A DNA stretch of 62,337 nucleotides, filler included. It is 5 parts of 5 records of this genome, joined end to end, with 100 filler letters (N's around TTAATTAATTAA, not from the genome) between each part and the next. Parts side by side here need not be neighbours in the genome. Positions count along the whole stretch, not along the records: positions 49,174 to 62,337 come from DRR723986_4778; 4 more parts are not named here. The stretch is one strand, 5' to 3'. The first letter of the stretch is position 1. Every line of letters starts with the position of its first letter. The translations under genes and the position numbers were made by a program. This document shows positions 49,607-61,327 of the stretch, one piece after another. The notes beneath the pieces were generated by a model. It made no database searches and had not been told where the DNA came from. It saw nothing but the letters and a program-made list of their open reading frames with translations.

Positions 49607-52066
49607 ATGTCCGATACTTCCTTGGATGGTCGAAAAATCAAAGACATGCCAGACATTGCGACGCGTTTGAAACGTTTTCGTGCGGCCTCTCCTTTATCAT
49701 TCCGGCTGGTGGCATGGATCCTTCTGTTCAGCTCTGCCTTTACATTGCTCGCGTCCGGCATTCAGATCTATTCAGACTACCGCGAGGACCTGTCCAAGAT
49801 TGAACAGCGGATGCAGGTAATTGAGTCCGGCTACCGCTCCAGCCTTGCCCAGAGCCTGTGGGCTCTGGATCAAAAACACCTGCAAACCCAGATGGACGGC
49901 ATTCTGAGCCTGCCCGATATCGAACATCTCCGGCTCCGAATTGAACCAGACTCCGAACTGGTCATGGGCGAACTCCCACGAGACACCGATACCCTCACCC
50001 ACAGTTTCGAGCTGATCTACCGGGACGATGCGGAATTTCGACTGGGCGAGCTCACCATCACCGCCAGTCTGCACCGGGTGTATGACGAACTAAGGCGCCG
50101 GGTGGGCTTCATTCTAGCCACTCAGTTCCTGATCATATTTGTTGTGTCTATTCTGATTCTGTGGATATTCCGCCATCTGGTCACTCGCCATCTGGCGGAC
50201 ATGGCCGACTACACCCGGGATCTGTCATTGCGAAATCTTTCACGCCCGCTGGAGCTGGATAGGCCAGATACTCCCGCTTACCAGCGTGATGAACTGGGCA
50301 TGGTGACCGAAGCCATCAACCAGATGCGCGAACGCCTTATCGATGACGTCACAAGGCGGGAACGGGATGAAGCCGAAATCCGGAAATTCTCCAAAGCCAT
50401 CGACCAGAGCCCGTCTTCGGTCCTGATCTGTGACCGGCAATGGCGCATTGAATATGCGAACCGGAAGTTCAGCCAACTGACGGGGAACAGCCCGTCTGAG
50501 ATCATCGGCAAGCACCCCTCGTCACTTATTGACCCTGGCGTGGATTCCCACGAAGCCAGACAGCTATGGAAATCCATCAGGCTTCAGGTACAGCGCGTGG
50601 GCGTTTGGCAAGGCGAAGTCAACAGCACACGGAAAAATGGCGAGCGCTACTGGGAACAGCTTGTGGTCACCCCTATCAAGGACAATAACGGTGAAAGCAC
50701 CGGTTACCTGATACTCGGGGAAGACATCAGCATCCGCAAACGTTACGAGCAACAGCTATTGCGGCAAGCGAATTACGACATCCTGACCGGGCTTCCCAAC
50801 CGCATGCTTGCGCTGGACCGCCTGAAACTGGCGCTGGCCCAGGCAAGGCGTGATGAGTCCAAGGTTGGGGTAATGTTCCTGGATCTGGACAACTTCAAGC
50901 ACATCAACGATACCCTCGGCCACGACGCCGGTGACACCCTGCTGATTGAAGCCGCACGCCGGATCTCCAGCTGCCTGCGCGGCACCAGTACCGTTGCGCG
51001 GCTGGGTGGTGATGAGTTCCTTGTGGTGCTGCCGGGGCTGAACGGGCCGGACGCCTCTTCCCAGGTTGCCGAACGTATTCTGAAAACCTTCGCACCGCCG
51101 TTCATGCTCAGCGGCCAGGAAGTGTTTGTTACAACCAGTATTGGCATCGCCACCTTCCCGGACGACTCGGATAACAGCGGCACCCTGCTCCAGCACGCCG
51201 ATGCGGCCATGTACGAGGCGAAACACAAAGGCAAGAGCGCCTATGCCCGTTTTACTCCGGAGATGAGCGAGGTTTCTCACGAGCGTCTGCAAATGGAATC
51301 TCACATGCGCAAGGCCCTGGAGCTGGGTGAATTCGAGCTCTATTTCCAACCCATTGTCGACACCGCCAGTGGTGGCCTGGTGGCGGCAGAAGCCCTGCTT
51401 CGCTGGAACAATCCGGCCATGGGCATGGTGATGCCAGATCGCTTTATTCCGCTGGCCGAGGAAACCGGCCTGATCATTCCGATCGGCGAATGGGTCGTCA
51501 AGGAAGCCTGTCAAGCCGCGTACTGCTGGCAGGCGATGACCGGGCGCGAGATCAGCATTGCCGTCAATGTATCACCACGCCAGTTCCGGGACCCCGGGTT
51601 TACCGACGCCATCATGCGCGCGCTGAACGACAGCAATTTACGGCCGGAACTGCTGGAACTGGAAATCACGGAACGGCTGATTCTGGACAATTCCATCGAA
51701 ACCGCTGATATCCTCAAACAACTCGACAAAGTTGGAATCCGCTTGTCGGTCGACGATTTCGGAACTGGTTATTCGGCACTCAGCTATCTGAAAAGCTATC
51801 CGTTCGATACCCTGAAAATCGACAAGTCATTTGTTCAGGATGTCCTGAAAGAGAACGAAGATGCTTCCCTTGTCCGCGCGATCATCAACATGGCCCACAG
51901 CCTCGGCCTGAAAGTGGTTGCCGAAGGGGTTGAGGAAGAAGACCAGACTCACTTCCTGAAAGCAGAGCATTGCGACTACTCCCAGGGTTACTTCTATAGT
52001 CGCCCCCTGCCCGAGCAGGACTTCATTCACTGGCTCGAAACCAATGAGCGGGCCAATCTAAAGTAA
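49607..52066 (+). CDS. membrane-anchored HAMP-PAS-GGDEF-EAL c-di-GMP enzyme
   Basis: Two TM segments, RDELG (HAMP), RKNGERYW (PAC), RLGGDEF, EALLRW, DDFGTGYS. The start may be at 49646. Confidence 0.92.
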   Translation: MSDTSLDGRKIKDMPDIATRLKRFRAASPLSFRLVAWILLFSSAFTLLASGIQIYSDYREDLSKIEQRMQVIESGYRSSLAQSLWALDQKHLQTQMDGILSLPDIEHLRLRIEPDSELVMGELPRDTDTLTHSFELIYRDDAEFRLGELTITASLHRVYDELRRRVGFILATQFLIIFVVSILILWIFRHLVTRHLADMADYTRDLSLRNLSRPLELDRPDTPAYQRDELGMVTEAINQMRERLIDDVTRRERDEAEIRKFSKAIDQSPSSVLICDRQWRIEYANRKFSQLTGNSPSEIIGKHPSSLIDPGVDSHEARQLWKSIRLQVQRVGVWQGEVNSTRKNGERYWEQLVVTPIKDNNGESTGYLILGEDISIRKRYEQQLLRQANYDILTGLPNRMLALDRLKLALAQARRDESKVGVMFLDLDNFKHINDTLGHDAGDTLLIEAARRISSCLRGTSTVARLGGDEFLVVLPGLNGPDASSQVAERILKTFAPPFMLSGQEVFVTTSIGIATFPDDSDNSGTLLQHADAAMYEAKHKGKSAYARFTPEMSEVSHERLQMESHMRKALELGEFELYFQPIVDTASGGLVAAEALLRWNNPAMGMVMPDRFIPLAEETGLIIPIGEWVVKEACQAAYCWQAMTGREISIAVNVSPRQFRDPGFTDAIMRALNDSNLRPELLELEITERLILDNSIETADILKQLDKVGIRLSVDDFGTGYSALSYLKSYPFDTLKIDKSFVQDVLKENEDASLVRAIINMAHSLGLKVVAEGVEEEDQTHFLKAEHCDYSQGYFYSRPLPEQDFIHWLETNERANLK

Positions 52067-52082
52067 TCAATACGGCACAACC

Positions 52083-53288
52083 ATGGACGACTCAATCCTG
52101 GTCGTGAACTGCGGCAGTTCATCACTGAAACTCGCGCTGTTTGATCACGACCACCAGAAAATCACCTCCGCCCTGGCGGAAAGACTTAATCAATCCGATG
52201 CCTTTGCACGCATCAATGGCGATGAAACACCGGTTCACTTGCCTTCCGGTGCCAGCCACAGCCAGGCGCTGGCGGCGCTCGTCAACGCATTTAAAGACCG
52301 GGCTCTGATGACGGGCGAACCCATGGCTGTTGGCCACCGAGTGGTCCATGGGGGCGAAACCTTCCGTGAAGCTTCGTTGATTGATGATCAAACGGTATCC
52401 GCCATTGAAGCCTGCGCTGCGCTGGCCCCCCTGCATAACCCGGTAAACCTTGCGGGCATTCGCGCCATGCAGGCGCTGTTCCCGAACGTTCCACAGGTCG
52501 CGGTGTTCGATACCGCTTACCATCAGACCCTGCCCGAGCGCGCTTACCGATACGCACTACCGGAACGGTGCTACAGCGACTGGGGAGTGCGTCGTTACGG
52601 CTTCCACGGCACCAGTCATTATTTCATGGCACACGAGGCCGCTCGTCTGCTGGACAAGACACCAGCCACCACCTCAATTATCTCTGCCCATCTGGGTAAC
52701 GGTTGTAGCATCACAGCGATCCAGAATGGGCTCAGCGTCGATACCAGCATGGGTCTGACTCCGCTTGAGGGACTCGTGATGGGCACCCGCAGCGGGGACG
52801 TCGATCCCGGGCTGTTTGACTACCTCGCAAGTCGGGGTATGAGTGCCGGTGACGTCCACGAGATGCTAAATAAAGAAAGCGGATTACAGGGACTCTCAGG
52901 CCAGACAAACGACATGCGAACCTTGTGTGAGCTGGCTGACCATGGCCACGAACCCTCAAAGTTGGCAATTGACGTATTCTGCTTCCGCCTGGCGCGGTAT
53001 ATTGGAGCGATGACCGCGTCCCTGACAAAACTGGACGCTCTGGTCTTTACTGGCGGCATCGGTGAAAACAGTGCCCGCATTCGCCAGGACACAACCCGAC
53101 ATCTGCACCTGCTTGAGATCGAGCTGGATCCGGACCTCAACGAGCATCACGGCCGCTGGAGTGATGGCCGCATCAGTTCCCCGGACTCGCGTTATCCGGC
53201 GCTGGTCATTCCCACAAATGAAGAACTGGTGATTGCCCGAGAAGCCTCCCGCCGGGCAGCTGCCGGCACCGAACACTCCGAAGAATGA
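52083..53288 (+). CDS. ackA: acetate kinase
   Basis: NCGSSSLK, GHRVVHGG, APLHNP, FTGGIGENS. Confidence 0.95.
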   Translation: MDDSILVVNCGSSSLKLALFDHDHQKITSALAERLNQSDAFARINGDETPVHLPSGASHSQALAALVNAFKDRALMTGEPMAVGHRVVHGGETFREASLIDDQTVSAIEACAALAPLHNPVNLAGIRAMQALFPNVPQVAVFDTAYHQTLPERAYRYALPERCYSDWGVRRYGFHGTSHYFMAHEAARLLDKTPATTSIISAHLGNGCSITAIQNGLSVDTSMGLTPLEGLVMGTRSGDVDPGLFDYLASRGMSAGDVHEMLNKESGLQGLSGQTNDMRTLCELADHGHEPSKLAIDVFCFRLARYIGAMTASLTKLDALVFTGGIGENSARIRQDTTRHLHLLEIELDPDLNEHHGRWSDGRISSPDSRYPALVIPTNEELVIAREASRRAAAGTEHSEE

Positions 53289-53302
53289 AACCTGGAACAA
53301 TC

Positions 53303-55456
53303 ATGGCAAAAAGTCTTTTCATAGCCCCAACCTCTCTTGACTCCGGCCTGACATCCGTATGCCTTGGTCTTCTGCGCGCCCTGGAACGGGAAGGAGTGAG
53401 CGTCGGCTTTTACAAACCATTCAGTCAGTCCGTACACAGAGGCGAAGCGCTTCATAACGACGGCAAGGATTCTTCGGTGGCCTTTGTGCGTGCCCGCAGC
53501 CACCTCGAACCACCCGACCCGATTCCCCTGAAACAAGCCCAGCAGCTGTTGAACCACGGCAAAGCAGACCTGCTGATGGAGAACGTCGTCGGTGAATACC
53601 AGAAAGTCGCCAATGAAGCGGATGTGGTCATCATTGAAGGATTGGTACCGGACAGAACCGAAGCCTATATCGCCCGGCTGAACGTGGAAGTCGCCCGCAA
53701 TCTCGGTTCCGAAGTGATCCTGGTGAGCACACCGAAGAGCTGTACTGCCAGCGAGCTCGATGACGACCTGGATTTCTCCTCACGCCTGTTTGCGGCACCG
53801 TCGGATCCGGACGTGATTGCTGTCATTCTTAACAAGGTGGGAGAACCACAGAAGTCCGGTATGGCACTGGATCATCCGCCGGCAAGTGAAGCCACCGAAA
53901 CGGATTATCACACCTCCTGCAAAGTGTTCGCGAACGGCCGCTTCCAGTTGCTGGCGCAGATTCCCTGGCAACCACAACTGCTGGCACCCCGGGTCTCTGA
54001 TGTAGCGCGAGAGCTTGGTGTTCCGGTACTGCACGAAGGGCAAATGCACTCACGGCGGGTGCAGCGGGTATCAGTGTGCGCCAGATCCATCCGCAACATG
54101 ACCGACACCCTCAAGCCAGGCACCCTGATGGTCACCCCTGGTGATCGCGAGGATATCGTAGTGGCCACGGCCGTCGCCGCCCTCAATGGTGTCCCGCTTG
54201 CCGGGCTGATGCTGACAGGCGGCCTGATGCCGGACGAACGGGTTATAGAGTTGTGTCGGCGGGCACTGGACACCGGTTTGCCAGTGCTGAGCTCGGAAAC
54301 CAATACCTACGAGAGCGCCCACCTGTTGGCAAATCTGTCTTCAGCCATTCCCATTGACGATCCGGAACGTATTGAAGAAGCCATGGAATCTGTGGCCCGG
54401 CGAATCAATACCCAGTGGCTGCAGGAGCACCTGAAAGTTCAGCGCCAACGTCGGCTCTCGCCTCCGGCATTCCGTTATCAGCTATCGGAGAGAGCCCGGG
54501 CTGCAGCCAAGCGGATCGTCTTGCCAGAAGGCAGTGAACCCAGAACCATTCAGGCAGCCATTATCTGCCATCAACGTAACCTGGCTCATTGCGCGCTGAT
54601 CGGTGATCCACACGAAATTCGCTCAGTCGCCGCCTCCCAGGGCGTGGAACTGCCAAATGACCTGGAAATCATAGACCCGCAATCGGTGCGCGAGCGTTAC
54701 GTGGCGCCCATGGTGGAGCTGAGAAAACATAAAGGCCTGACACCGGATATGGCCGAAGCCATGCTGGAGGATAACGTCGTTCTGGGTACCATGATGGTGG
54801 CCATGGACGAAGCCGACGGACTGGTATCCGGCGCTATTCATACCACTGCCAACACCGTGCGCCCTGCCCTCCAGCTGATCAAGACCCATGACAACGCCAA
54901 GGTGGTGTCATCGGTATTCTTCATGTTGTTACCGCAACAGGTGCTGGTATATGGCGACTGCGCCATCAACCCAGACCCGAATGCCGAAGAACTGGCCGAT
55001 ATTGCCATACAGAGTGCCGAATCTGCTGAAGCCTTTGGTATTGAACCTGTGGTTGCAATGATCAGCTACAGTACCGGCGAGTCCGGCAGCGGTGAGGATG
55101 TCGACAAGGTTCGCGAAGCCACCCGCATTGCCCGGGAACGGCGCCCGGATCTACTCATTGACGGACCGCTGCAATACGATGCTGCGGCGATTGAAAGCGT
55201 GGCAAAATCCAAAGCCCCGGGCAGCAAGGTGGCCGGCAAGGCTACCGTGTTTGTGTTCCCGGACCTGAACACGGGCAACACCACCTACAAGGCGGTGCAG
55301 CGCAGTGCCAATGTCGTCAGCGTGGGGCCCATGCTCCAGGGCTTGCGAAAACCGGTAAACGACCTGTCCCGCGGGGCCCTGGTGGAAGACATTGTCTTCA
55401 CCATTGCCCTGACGGCAGTACAGGCAAAACAGGTCGCGGATGCAGGAGCCGCCTGA
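53303..55456 (+). CDS. pta: phosphate acetyltransferase (long form with DRTGG domain)
   Basis: TPGDR, IVLPEG, DGPLQYDAA, VNDLSRG. Confidence 0.95.
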   Translation: MAKSLFIAPTSLDSGLTSVCLGLLRALEREGVSVGFYKPFSQSVHRGEALHNDGKDSSVAFVRARSHLEPPDPIPLKQAQQLLNHGKADLLMENVVGEYQKVANEADVVIIEGLVPDRTEAYIARLNVEVARNLGSEVILVSTPKSCTASELDDDLDFSSRLFAAPSDPDVIAVILNKVGEPQKSGMALDHPPASEATETDYHTSCKVFANGRFQLLAQIPWQPQLLAPRVSDVARELGVPVLHEGQMHSRRVQRVSVCARSIRNMTDTLKPGTLMVTPGDREDIVVATAVAALNGVPLAGLMLTGGLMPDERVIELCRRALDTGLPVLSSETNTYESAHLLANLSSAIPIDDPERIEEAMESVARRINTQWLQEHLKVQRQRRLSPPAFRYQLSERARAAAKRIVLPEGSEPRTIQAAIICHQRNLAHCALIGDPHEIRSVAASQGVELPNDLEIIDPQSVRERYVAPMVELRKHKGLTPDMAEAMLEDNVVLGTMMVAMDEADGLVSGAIHTTANTVRPALQLIKTHDNAKVVSSVFFMLLPQQVLVYGDCAINPDPNAEELADIAIQSAESAEAFGIEPVVAMISYSTGESGSGEDVDKVREATRIARERRPDLLIDGPLQYDAAAIESVAKSKAPGSKVAGKATVFVFPDLNTGNTTYKAVQRSANVVSVGPMLQGLRKPVNDLSRGALVEDIVFTIALTAVQAKQVADAGAA

Positions 55457-55489
55457 TCAGGGCTCCTGGCAGGGACTAGCCCCGGCAGA

Positions 55490-56911
55490 TCAGCGTTTAA
55501 CGCTTTTCTGCCGGGTCTTCTTGATCCGACGTCCTTTCTTCAGGTCGTTGTCCTTCTTGACCTTTTGCCGAGGCGTCAGACGGTCGACCTTGGTTGCAAA
55601 GGGGTTCTCGCCTGACTTGAATTCAAACCGTATCGGCGCGCCCACGACTTTCAGCACCTTTCTGAAGGTGTTTTCAAGGTAACGCTTGTAAGCACCGGGC
55701 AGTGAATCCACCTGATTACCATGCACCACCACAACCGGCGGGTTGGAGCCACCCTGGTGAGCGTATCGCAGCTTGATGCGGCGACCGTGAACCATCGGCG
55801 GCTGATGTTGAGCAACGGCATCCTGAAGGATTGCAGTCAACCGGTTGGTTGGCCACTTTGACATCGCGGATTCGTAGCAGGCCTGGACCGACTCATACAT
55901 GGTTCCCACGCCCGTGCCGTGCAGTGCCGAGATATAATACTTGTCCGCGTAATCCAGGAAATCCAGGCGCCTGGCCACCTGCTCTTTTACCCGGTCACGG
56001 TCTTCCGGATCCATGCCGTCCCATTTGTTGATGGCGATCACCAGTGGGCGGCCCGCATCCAGTACAAACCCGATCAGGTGCAAATCCTGGTCTACCAGTC
56101 CCTCCCGGGCATCGATCACCAGAATCACGACATGGGCATCATCAATCGCCTGCAGTGTCTTGATAATGGAGAACTTCTCCACCGCCTCGCGAACATTCTT
56201 TCGGCGACGAACCCCGGCAGTGTCAATCAAGGTATACTCATGACCCTGGCGCTCATAGGGAATGTAAACGCTGTCGCGGGTAGTGCCCGGCATGTCGTAC
56301 ACCACCACCCGATCTTCACCGAGCATGCGGTTAACCAGGGTAGACTTGCCCACATTCGGCCGTCCCACCACACCAATCCGGATACCCGGGTAACGATCCG
56401 CCCGGTCCTGGTCTTCCGGATTTTCCGGTTCCGGCAGCAGCGCTTCCAGCAAAGACAGGATGCCGCGGTTATGGGCCGCCGCAATCAGAAACGTGGACTC
56501 GAACCCCAGACTGTAGAAGTCCGCTGCCGCCACGTCCGGATCCTGGCCATCGGTCTTGTTAACCACCAGATGAGCCTGTTTGCCCGATTTGCGCAGATAA
56601 TCCGCGATCATTTCATCGCCGGCGGTCAGTCCTGCCCGACCGTCCACAAGAAACAGGACAATGTCCGCTTCTTCTACCGCCTGCATTGACTGGCGAGCCA
56701 TTTCGGCGTCAATACCGGCTTCGTCACCGGTCAGGCCACCCGTATCGATAACGATGAACTTCTGGCCTTCGTAGTTGCCCTCACCGTATTTTCGGTCCCG
56801 GGTCAGCCCGGGGAAGTCCGCCACAAGGGCATCCCTGGAGCGGGTCATCTGGTTAAACAACGTGGATTTACCAACGTTGGGGCGGCCTACAAGGGCGATA
56901 ACTGGGGTCAT
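55490..56911 (-). CDS. der: ribosome biogenesis GTPase Der
   Basis: Two GRPNVGKS G-domains. Confidence 0.97.
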   Translation of the reverse strand: MTPVIALVGRPNVGKSTLFNQMTRSRDALVADFPGLTRDRKYGEGNYEGQKFIVIDTGGLTGDEAGIDAEMARQSMQAVEEADIVLFLVDGRAGLTAGDEMIADYLRKSGKQAHLVVNKTDGQDPDVAAADFYSLGFESTFLIAAAHNRGILSLLEALLPEPENPEDQDRADRYPGIRIGVVGRPNVGKSTLVNRMLGEDRVVVYDMPGTTRDSVYIPYERQGHEYTLIDTAGVRRRKNVREAVEKFSIIKTLQAIDDAHVVILVIDAREGLVDQDLHLIGFVLDAGRPLVIAINKWDGMDPEDRDRVKEQVARRLDFLDYADKYYISALHGTGVGTMYESVQACYESAMSKWPTNRLTAILQDAVAQHQPPMVHGRRIKLRYAHQGGSNPPVVVVHGNQVDSLPGAYKRYLENTFRKVLKVVGAPIRFEFKSGENPFATKVDRLTPRQKVKKDNDLKKGRRIKKTRQKSVKR

Positions 56912-56939
56912 ATTGATCTGCTATTCAAGAAACCAGAAA

Positions 56940-56969
56940 CCCGGCACGCAGGCTAAAGCCTGGGCCGGG
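56940..56969 (-). terminator. hairpin/terminator between bamB and der
   Basis: Imperfect stem CCCGGC..CAGGC/GCCTG.GCCGGG followed by a U-rich tract on the minus strand. Confidence 0.45.
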
Positions 56970-56990
56970 CATAAACTTTTCGGGGCGTAC

Positions 56991-58163
56991 TCAGTCGTCC
57001 TGTTCAATTCTCAGGACGGCCATCTTTCCGCCATTTCCATAAACCAGCAGGTTACCATCTTCGATCACCTGAACTGGTACGCGGATACCGTCACTATCGA
57101 ACTCACGCTGGCCCTGCAGACTGCCATCGGAGGTCGACAGCACGTGCAGGTAGCCTTCAAAGTCCCCTACCACGAGGTAATCACCGGAGACAGCCGGCCG
57201 GGTCAGCTGGCGCCAGGACAGGCTATCCTGAACCCAAAGCTCTCGCCGGTCGCTGCCACGGAGCGCTACGATATCGCCATTGGCGGAGGACAGAAAGATA
57301 TTGCCGTTACCAATCGCAGGCGAGTAGAAGCTTGATGCCCGGCGGCTCCAGATTTCCTGCCCGGAACGAATATCCACCAGCGCCAGCTTACCCTGATAAC
57401 CGACGACCATAATGGCCGAATCCAGAACCAGCGGCTGGCCGCCGATATCCACCAGGCGTTCCAGTTCGGTACGACCCTGGGGCTGACCGACCTCATACTG
57501 CCACACTGGCTGTCCGTCCGAGGCGGTGAGTGCAATGACACGACCGTTGGCAAACGAGGAGATCACAATGTCGCCACCCACCAACGGTGCAGCCGCGGTG
57601 CGCACGGTCAGCACCGGCACTTGAGCCTCGTATTGCCAGCGGCGTTCTCCGGTCTCTGCGTCGTGGGCAATCACACGACCATCGGTGGTTTGCACCACCA
57701 CGAGGTTACCGTTGGATTGAGGCGCAGCCAGAACCTCGGTGGGCAGAGGTACCCGCCAGGCCTCGGTACCGTCCTCCGACGACACGGCCACCAGTTCCGC
57801 ATCCCGGGTGACCAGGTAAAGGTGCCGGGCATCAGCGCCCGGTCCGGCAAAAAACCGTTCATCGTAGTCTTTCTGCCAGATAACCTCACCATCCGCCGGC
57901 CTGACCGTCGCAACAATCCCGTCTGCGGAAGCCGCGTAAATCACGTCGCCGGCGTAAAGAGGCGCGATCTGAAGCAGCTGATCGTCATGACCATCACCAA
58001 CAGACATGCTCCATACCGTATCCAGCTCAACGGTTTCGGTGATTTCAGGTACCGGAGCGGGTTGCTCAAAAGTGTCTGTACTACTGCACCCGGCGATTCC
58101 GACCAACAGACCACAAAAAACCGAGCCAAGCCCGACCTTGAGCGCGCGCCCAACGAACATCAA
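56991..58163 (-). CDS. bamB: outer membrane assembly lipoprotein BamB
   Basis: Lipobox IAGC, PQQ-like repeats, GRTELERLVDI. Confidence 0.93.
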   Translation of the reverse strand: MMFVGRALKVGLGSVFCGLLVGIAGCSSTDTFEQPAPVPEITETVELDTVWSMSVGDGHDDQLLQIAPLYAGDVIYAASADGIVATVRPADGEVIWQKDYDERFFAGPGADARHLYLVTRDAELVAVSSEDGTEAWRVPLPTEVLAAPQSNGNLVVVQTTDGRVIAHDAETGERRWQYEAQVPVLTVRTAAAPLVGGDIVISSFANGRVIALTASDGQPVWQYEVGQPQGRTELERLVDIGGQPLVLDSAIMVVGYQGKLALVDIRSGQEIWSRRASSFYSPAIGNGNIFLSSANGDIVALRGSDRRELWVQDSLSWRQLTRPAVSGDYLVVGDFEGYLHVLSTSDGSLQGQREFDSDGIRVPVQVIEDGNLLVYGNGGKMAVLRIEQDD

Positions 58164-58813
58164 GCGTCCTCCCCGACACCGAGGTCTGACAGCTTCAGTT
58201 CAAGAACACCGCTACGACCCTGCTGGCTCTGCTCACGTGCCGCCAGGTACGCCTCACGCGCACCGTCCCGGTCGCCCTTGGCCAACAGAACATCGCCTCT
58301 CAGCTCGGAGAAGATGGCGGCAAAGGCATCCGCGTCTACTGCATTGTCCAGAGTGGCAAGCGCGGCATCGTGTTCGCCAGCGGCAAACTGGGCTCGGGCA
58401 AGACGGTTACGAATCACCAGCTCCAGAGCCGGATGACCCGCTGATTTCTCCAGCGCCCAGTTCAGTGATTCAACAGCGGCCGCGGGATCCTCACCTTCAA
58501 CCATCTGCTGCCGTGCCAGAACCAGATTGCCATAGATGGCATAGGCGCTGTCGCCGTGTTCGTCTCGCAGTGTCTCCGCCACAAAACCTACAGTGTCGGC
58601 CGACTCATCATCTGCAGAGGAGAACGCGTTCAGCAGGTTGGCAAACTGATTAGCGGCTTCGGCGCGTTGTTGCGCCTGATGGTTCTGCCAGGCCTGCCAT
58701 CCGAATACGATGGCCAGAGCCGCACCAATACCGATGAGCAGCGAGCTTCCGTTATTTTTCCACCAGTCCTTGATTGCCTGGACCTGTTCTTCTTCGGTGC
58801 GCAACTCCGCCAT
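58160..58813 (-). CDS. yfgM: YfgM TPR membrane protein
   Basis: TEEEQV..IKDWWKNNG, ELRGD, conserved synteny. Confidence 0.92.
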   Translation of the reverse strand: MAELRTEEEQVQAIKDWWKNNGSSLLIGIGAALAIVFGWQAWQNHQAQQRAEAANQFANLLNAFSSADDESADTVGFVAETLRDEHGDSAYAIYGNLVLARQQMVEGEDPAAAVESLNWALEKSAGHPALELVIRNRLARAQFAAGEHDAALATLDNAVDADAFAAIFSELRGDVLLAKGDRDGAREAYLAAREQSQQGRSGVLELKLSDLGVGEDA

Positions 58814-58860
58814 GAAAACTCCTGTTATTCGTTAAAACTGCCTGTTTATATAGACTCTGC

Positions 58861-60135
58861 TTACAACAAACCGGCAAGCACAGCTGCCAGATCTGCCTGA
58901 GCGACTTCCTGTTGGGGCTGATCGTCACGTAACGGCTTGAGCCCCGCCGTGGCCTGAGCGATTTCGTTTTCCCCCAGAATCACCGCAAAGCGTGCGCCAC
59001 TGCGGTCTGCTTTTTTCATCTGACTCTTGAAGCTGCCGCCACCGCAGTGTGAGACGACAATCCGGCTTGGCAATTCATTTCGTAGCGTTTCTGCCAACGC
59101 CATCGCTGGGGCTACCGCCTGGTCCCCCATGGCTGTAACGTAAACATCGGCTTGATTGTTCACATGTTCGGGGACCAGTTCCAGGGTTTCCAGTAGCAGA
59201 ATCAATCGCTCCAGCCCCATGGCGAAGCCCACCGCTACGGTGGGTTTGCCTCCAAGTTGCTCCACCAGACCATCGTAACGGCCACCGGCACAGATCGTGC
59301 CCTGGGCACCCAGGCTGTCGGTAATCCACTCGAACACGGTTTTGCCGTAATAGTCCAGTCCGCGCACCAGGGCCGGGTTTACCGTGTAGGCAACGCCCGC
59401 CGCATCCAGCATCGCTTTCAGTTGTTCAAAATGCTGGCGCGATTCATCATCCAGATAGTCGTCCAGGCTCGGTGCGCCCTGCAAAATCTCCCTCGTGGCC
59501 GGATCCTTGCTGTCCAGTATCCGCAAAGGATTCGTGGTTAACCGGCGTTTGCTGTCATTGTCGAGCTTATCCTGATATTGCTCCAGATAGGCAACCAGGG
59601 CCTGACGGTAGACTTTCCGGGAGTCGCTGGTACCGATGGAGTTGATCTCGAGTCTGGCATGGTCGGACAACCCCAGGGCGCTCCACAGGCGCGCCGTCAG
59701 GATCAACAGCTCGGCATCAATGTCAGGGCCGGCCATACCGAAGCATTCCACACCAATCTGATGAAACTGGCGGTAACGGCCTTTCTGCGGCCGCTCATGC
59801 CGGAACATCGGACCCGTGTACCAAAGCCGCCGGGTCTGATTAAAGAGCAGCCCATGCTCTTCCGCTGCACGCACGCACCCGGCCGTGCCTTCGGGCCGCA
59901 GAGTAAGGCTATCGCCGTTGCGGTCTTCAAAGGTATACATCTCTTTTTCGACGATGTCAGTGACTTCACCGATCGATCGTTTGAACAATTCGGTATGTTC
60001 GACCACTGGCATACGGATTTCCTGATAGCCGTACTGCCCGAGAACCCGTCGAACGGTGGACTCAACGTACTGCCAGACCGGGGTCTGGTCCGGAAGAATA
60101 TCGTTCATCCCCCGGATTGCCTGAATCTTTGCCAA
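58861..60135 (-). CDS. hisS: histidine-tRNA ligase
   Basis: [30 protein letters not shown] start. Confidence 0.97.
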   Translation of the reverse strand: MAKIQAIRGMNDILPDQTPVWQYVESTVRRVLGQYGYQEIRMPVVEHTELFKRSIGEVTDIVEKEMYTFEDRNGDSLTLRPEGTAGCVRAAEEHGLLFNQTRRLWYTGPMFRHERPQKGRYRQFHQIGVECFGMAGPDIDAELLILTARLWSALGLSDHARLEINSIGTSDSRKVYRQALVAYLEQYQDKLDNDSKRRLTTNPLRILDSKDPATREILQGAPSLDDYLDDESRQHFEQLKAMLDAAGVAYTVNPALVRGLDYYGKTVFEWITDSLGAQGTICAGGRYDGLVEQLGGKPTVAVGFAMGLERLILLLETLELVPEHVNNQADVYVTAMGDQAVAPAMALAETLRNELPSRIVVSHCGGGSFKSQMKKADRSGARFAVILGENEIAQATAGLKPLRDDQPQQEVAQADLAAVLAGLL

Positions 60136-60171
60136 AATAATATCCTGATAGGTTTCTGAAATCGGTTCTGA

Positions 60172-61290
60172 TCAGTCTGAGGACTTGGCGATGACTGCGC
60201 TGTCCTGGTCCTCGCGCCGTGACACTTCCTCGCGAATCAGGCGTTCAAGGTCGTCCACCAGCGTTGCGTTGTCCAGCTTCTGGTTTGGCTTTCCGGCCAT
60301 ATAAAACAGGTTTTTCGGTGTGCCACCGGTCAGACCGATATCCGCTACCTTTGCCTCACCGGGACCATTAACAATACAGCCAATAATGGCCACATCCATA
60401 GAGGTGTTCACATCCTCAAGCCGGGCTTCCAGATCATTCATGGTCTGGATAACATCAAAGTTCTGACGGGAACAGCTTGGGCAGGCTATAAAGTTAATGC
60501 CGCGGCTGCGTAACCGAAGACTTTTGAGAATGTCGAAGCCGACTTTGATTTCCTGAACCGGATCGGCGGCAAGGGAAACCCGAATGGTGTCCCCAATGCC
60601 ATCCATCAACAGCATGCCCAGGCCAATGGAGGACTTGACCGTGCCGGAACGGAATCCACCGGCCTCAGTGATACCAAGGTGCAGCGGTTGCTCAATCTGG
60701 GAGGCGATAAGGCGGTAGGCCGCGACGGTCATGAACACTTCCGACGCTTTCAGGCTGACCTTGAAGTCCTGAAAATCGTGTTTGTCCAGGATGTCGATAT
60801 GACGCATGGCCGACTCTACCAGCGCTTCCGGCGTGGGCTCGCCGTATTTGCGTTGAAGCGCTTTTTCCAGTGAACCCGCGTTTACGCCGATCCTGATCGG
60901 AATGTTGCGGTCCCGGGCAGCACTGATTACCGCACTGACCCGATCGTCCCGGCCAATGTTACCGGGATTGATGCGCAGGCAGTCCACACCAAGCTCTGCA
61001 ACTCGGAGCGCTATCTTGTAGTCAAAATGGATATCGGCCACCAACGGTAACGAGACCTGCTGGCGAATCTTGCCAAAGGCCTCAGCCGCCTCCATGGACG
61101 GAACCGACACCCGTACGATATCAGCTCCGGCCTCCTGGATAGCCTTGATCTGTGTGACTGTTGCGTCTACATCGCAGGTATTGGTATTGGTCATGCTCTG
61201 CACCGCAATGGGCGCATCGCCGCCAACGGGAACATTACCTACCATGATCTGACGGGATTTACGTCTTTTGATCGGAGACTCTTGTTTCAT
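60172..61290 (-). CDS. ispG: HMBPP synthase
   Basis: [33 protein letters not shown]. Confidence 0.97.
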   Translation of the reverse strand: MKQESPIKRRKSRQIMVGNVPVGGDAPIAVQSMTNTNTCDVDATVTQIKAIQEAGADIVRVSVPSMEAAEAFGKIRQQVSLPLVADIHFDYKIALRVAELGVDCLRINPGNIGRDDRVSAVISAARDRNIPIRIGVNAGSLEKALQRKYGEPTPEALVESAMRHIDILDKHDFQDFKVSLKASEVFMTVAAYRLIASQIEQPLHLGITEAGGFRSGTVKSSIGLGMLLMDGIGDTIRVSLAADPVQEIKVGFDILKSLRLRSRGINFIACPSCSRQNFDVIQTMNDLEARLEDVNTSMDVAIIGCIVNGPGEAKVADIGLTGGTPKNLFYMAGKPNQKLDNATLVDDLERLIREEVSRREDQDSAVIAKSSD

Positions 61291-61327
61291 GGGATTCAAC
61301 CAGAAATCTTTGGGAAGAAAATTCTGC

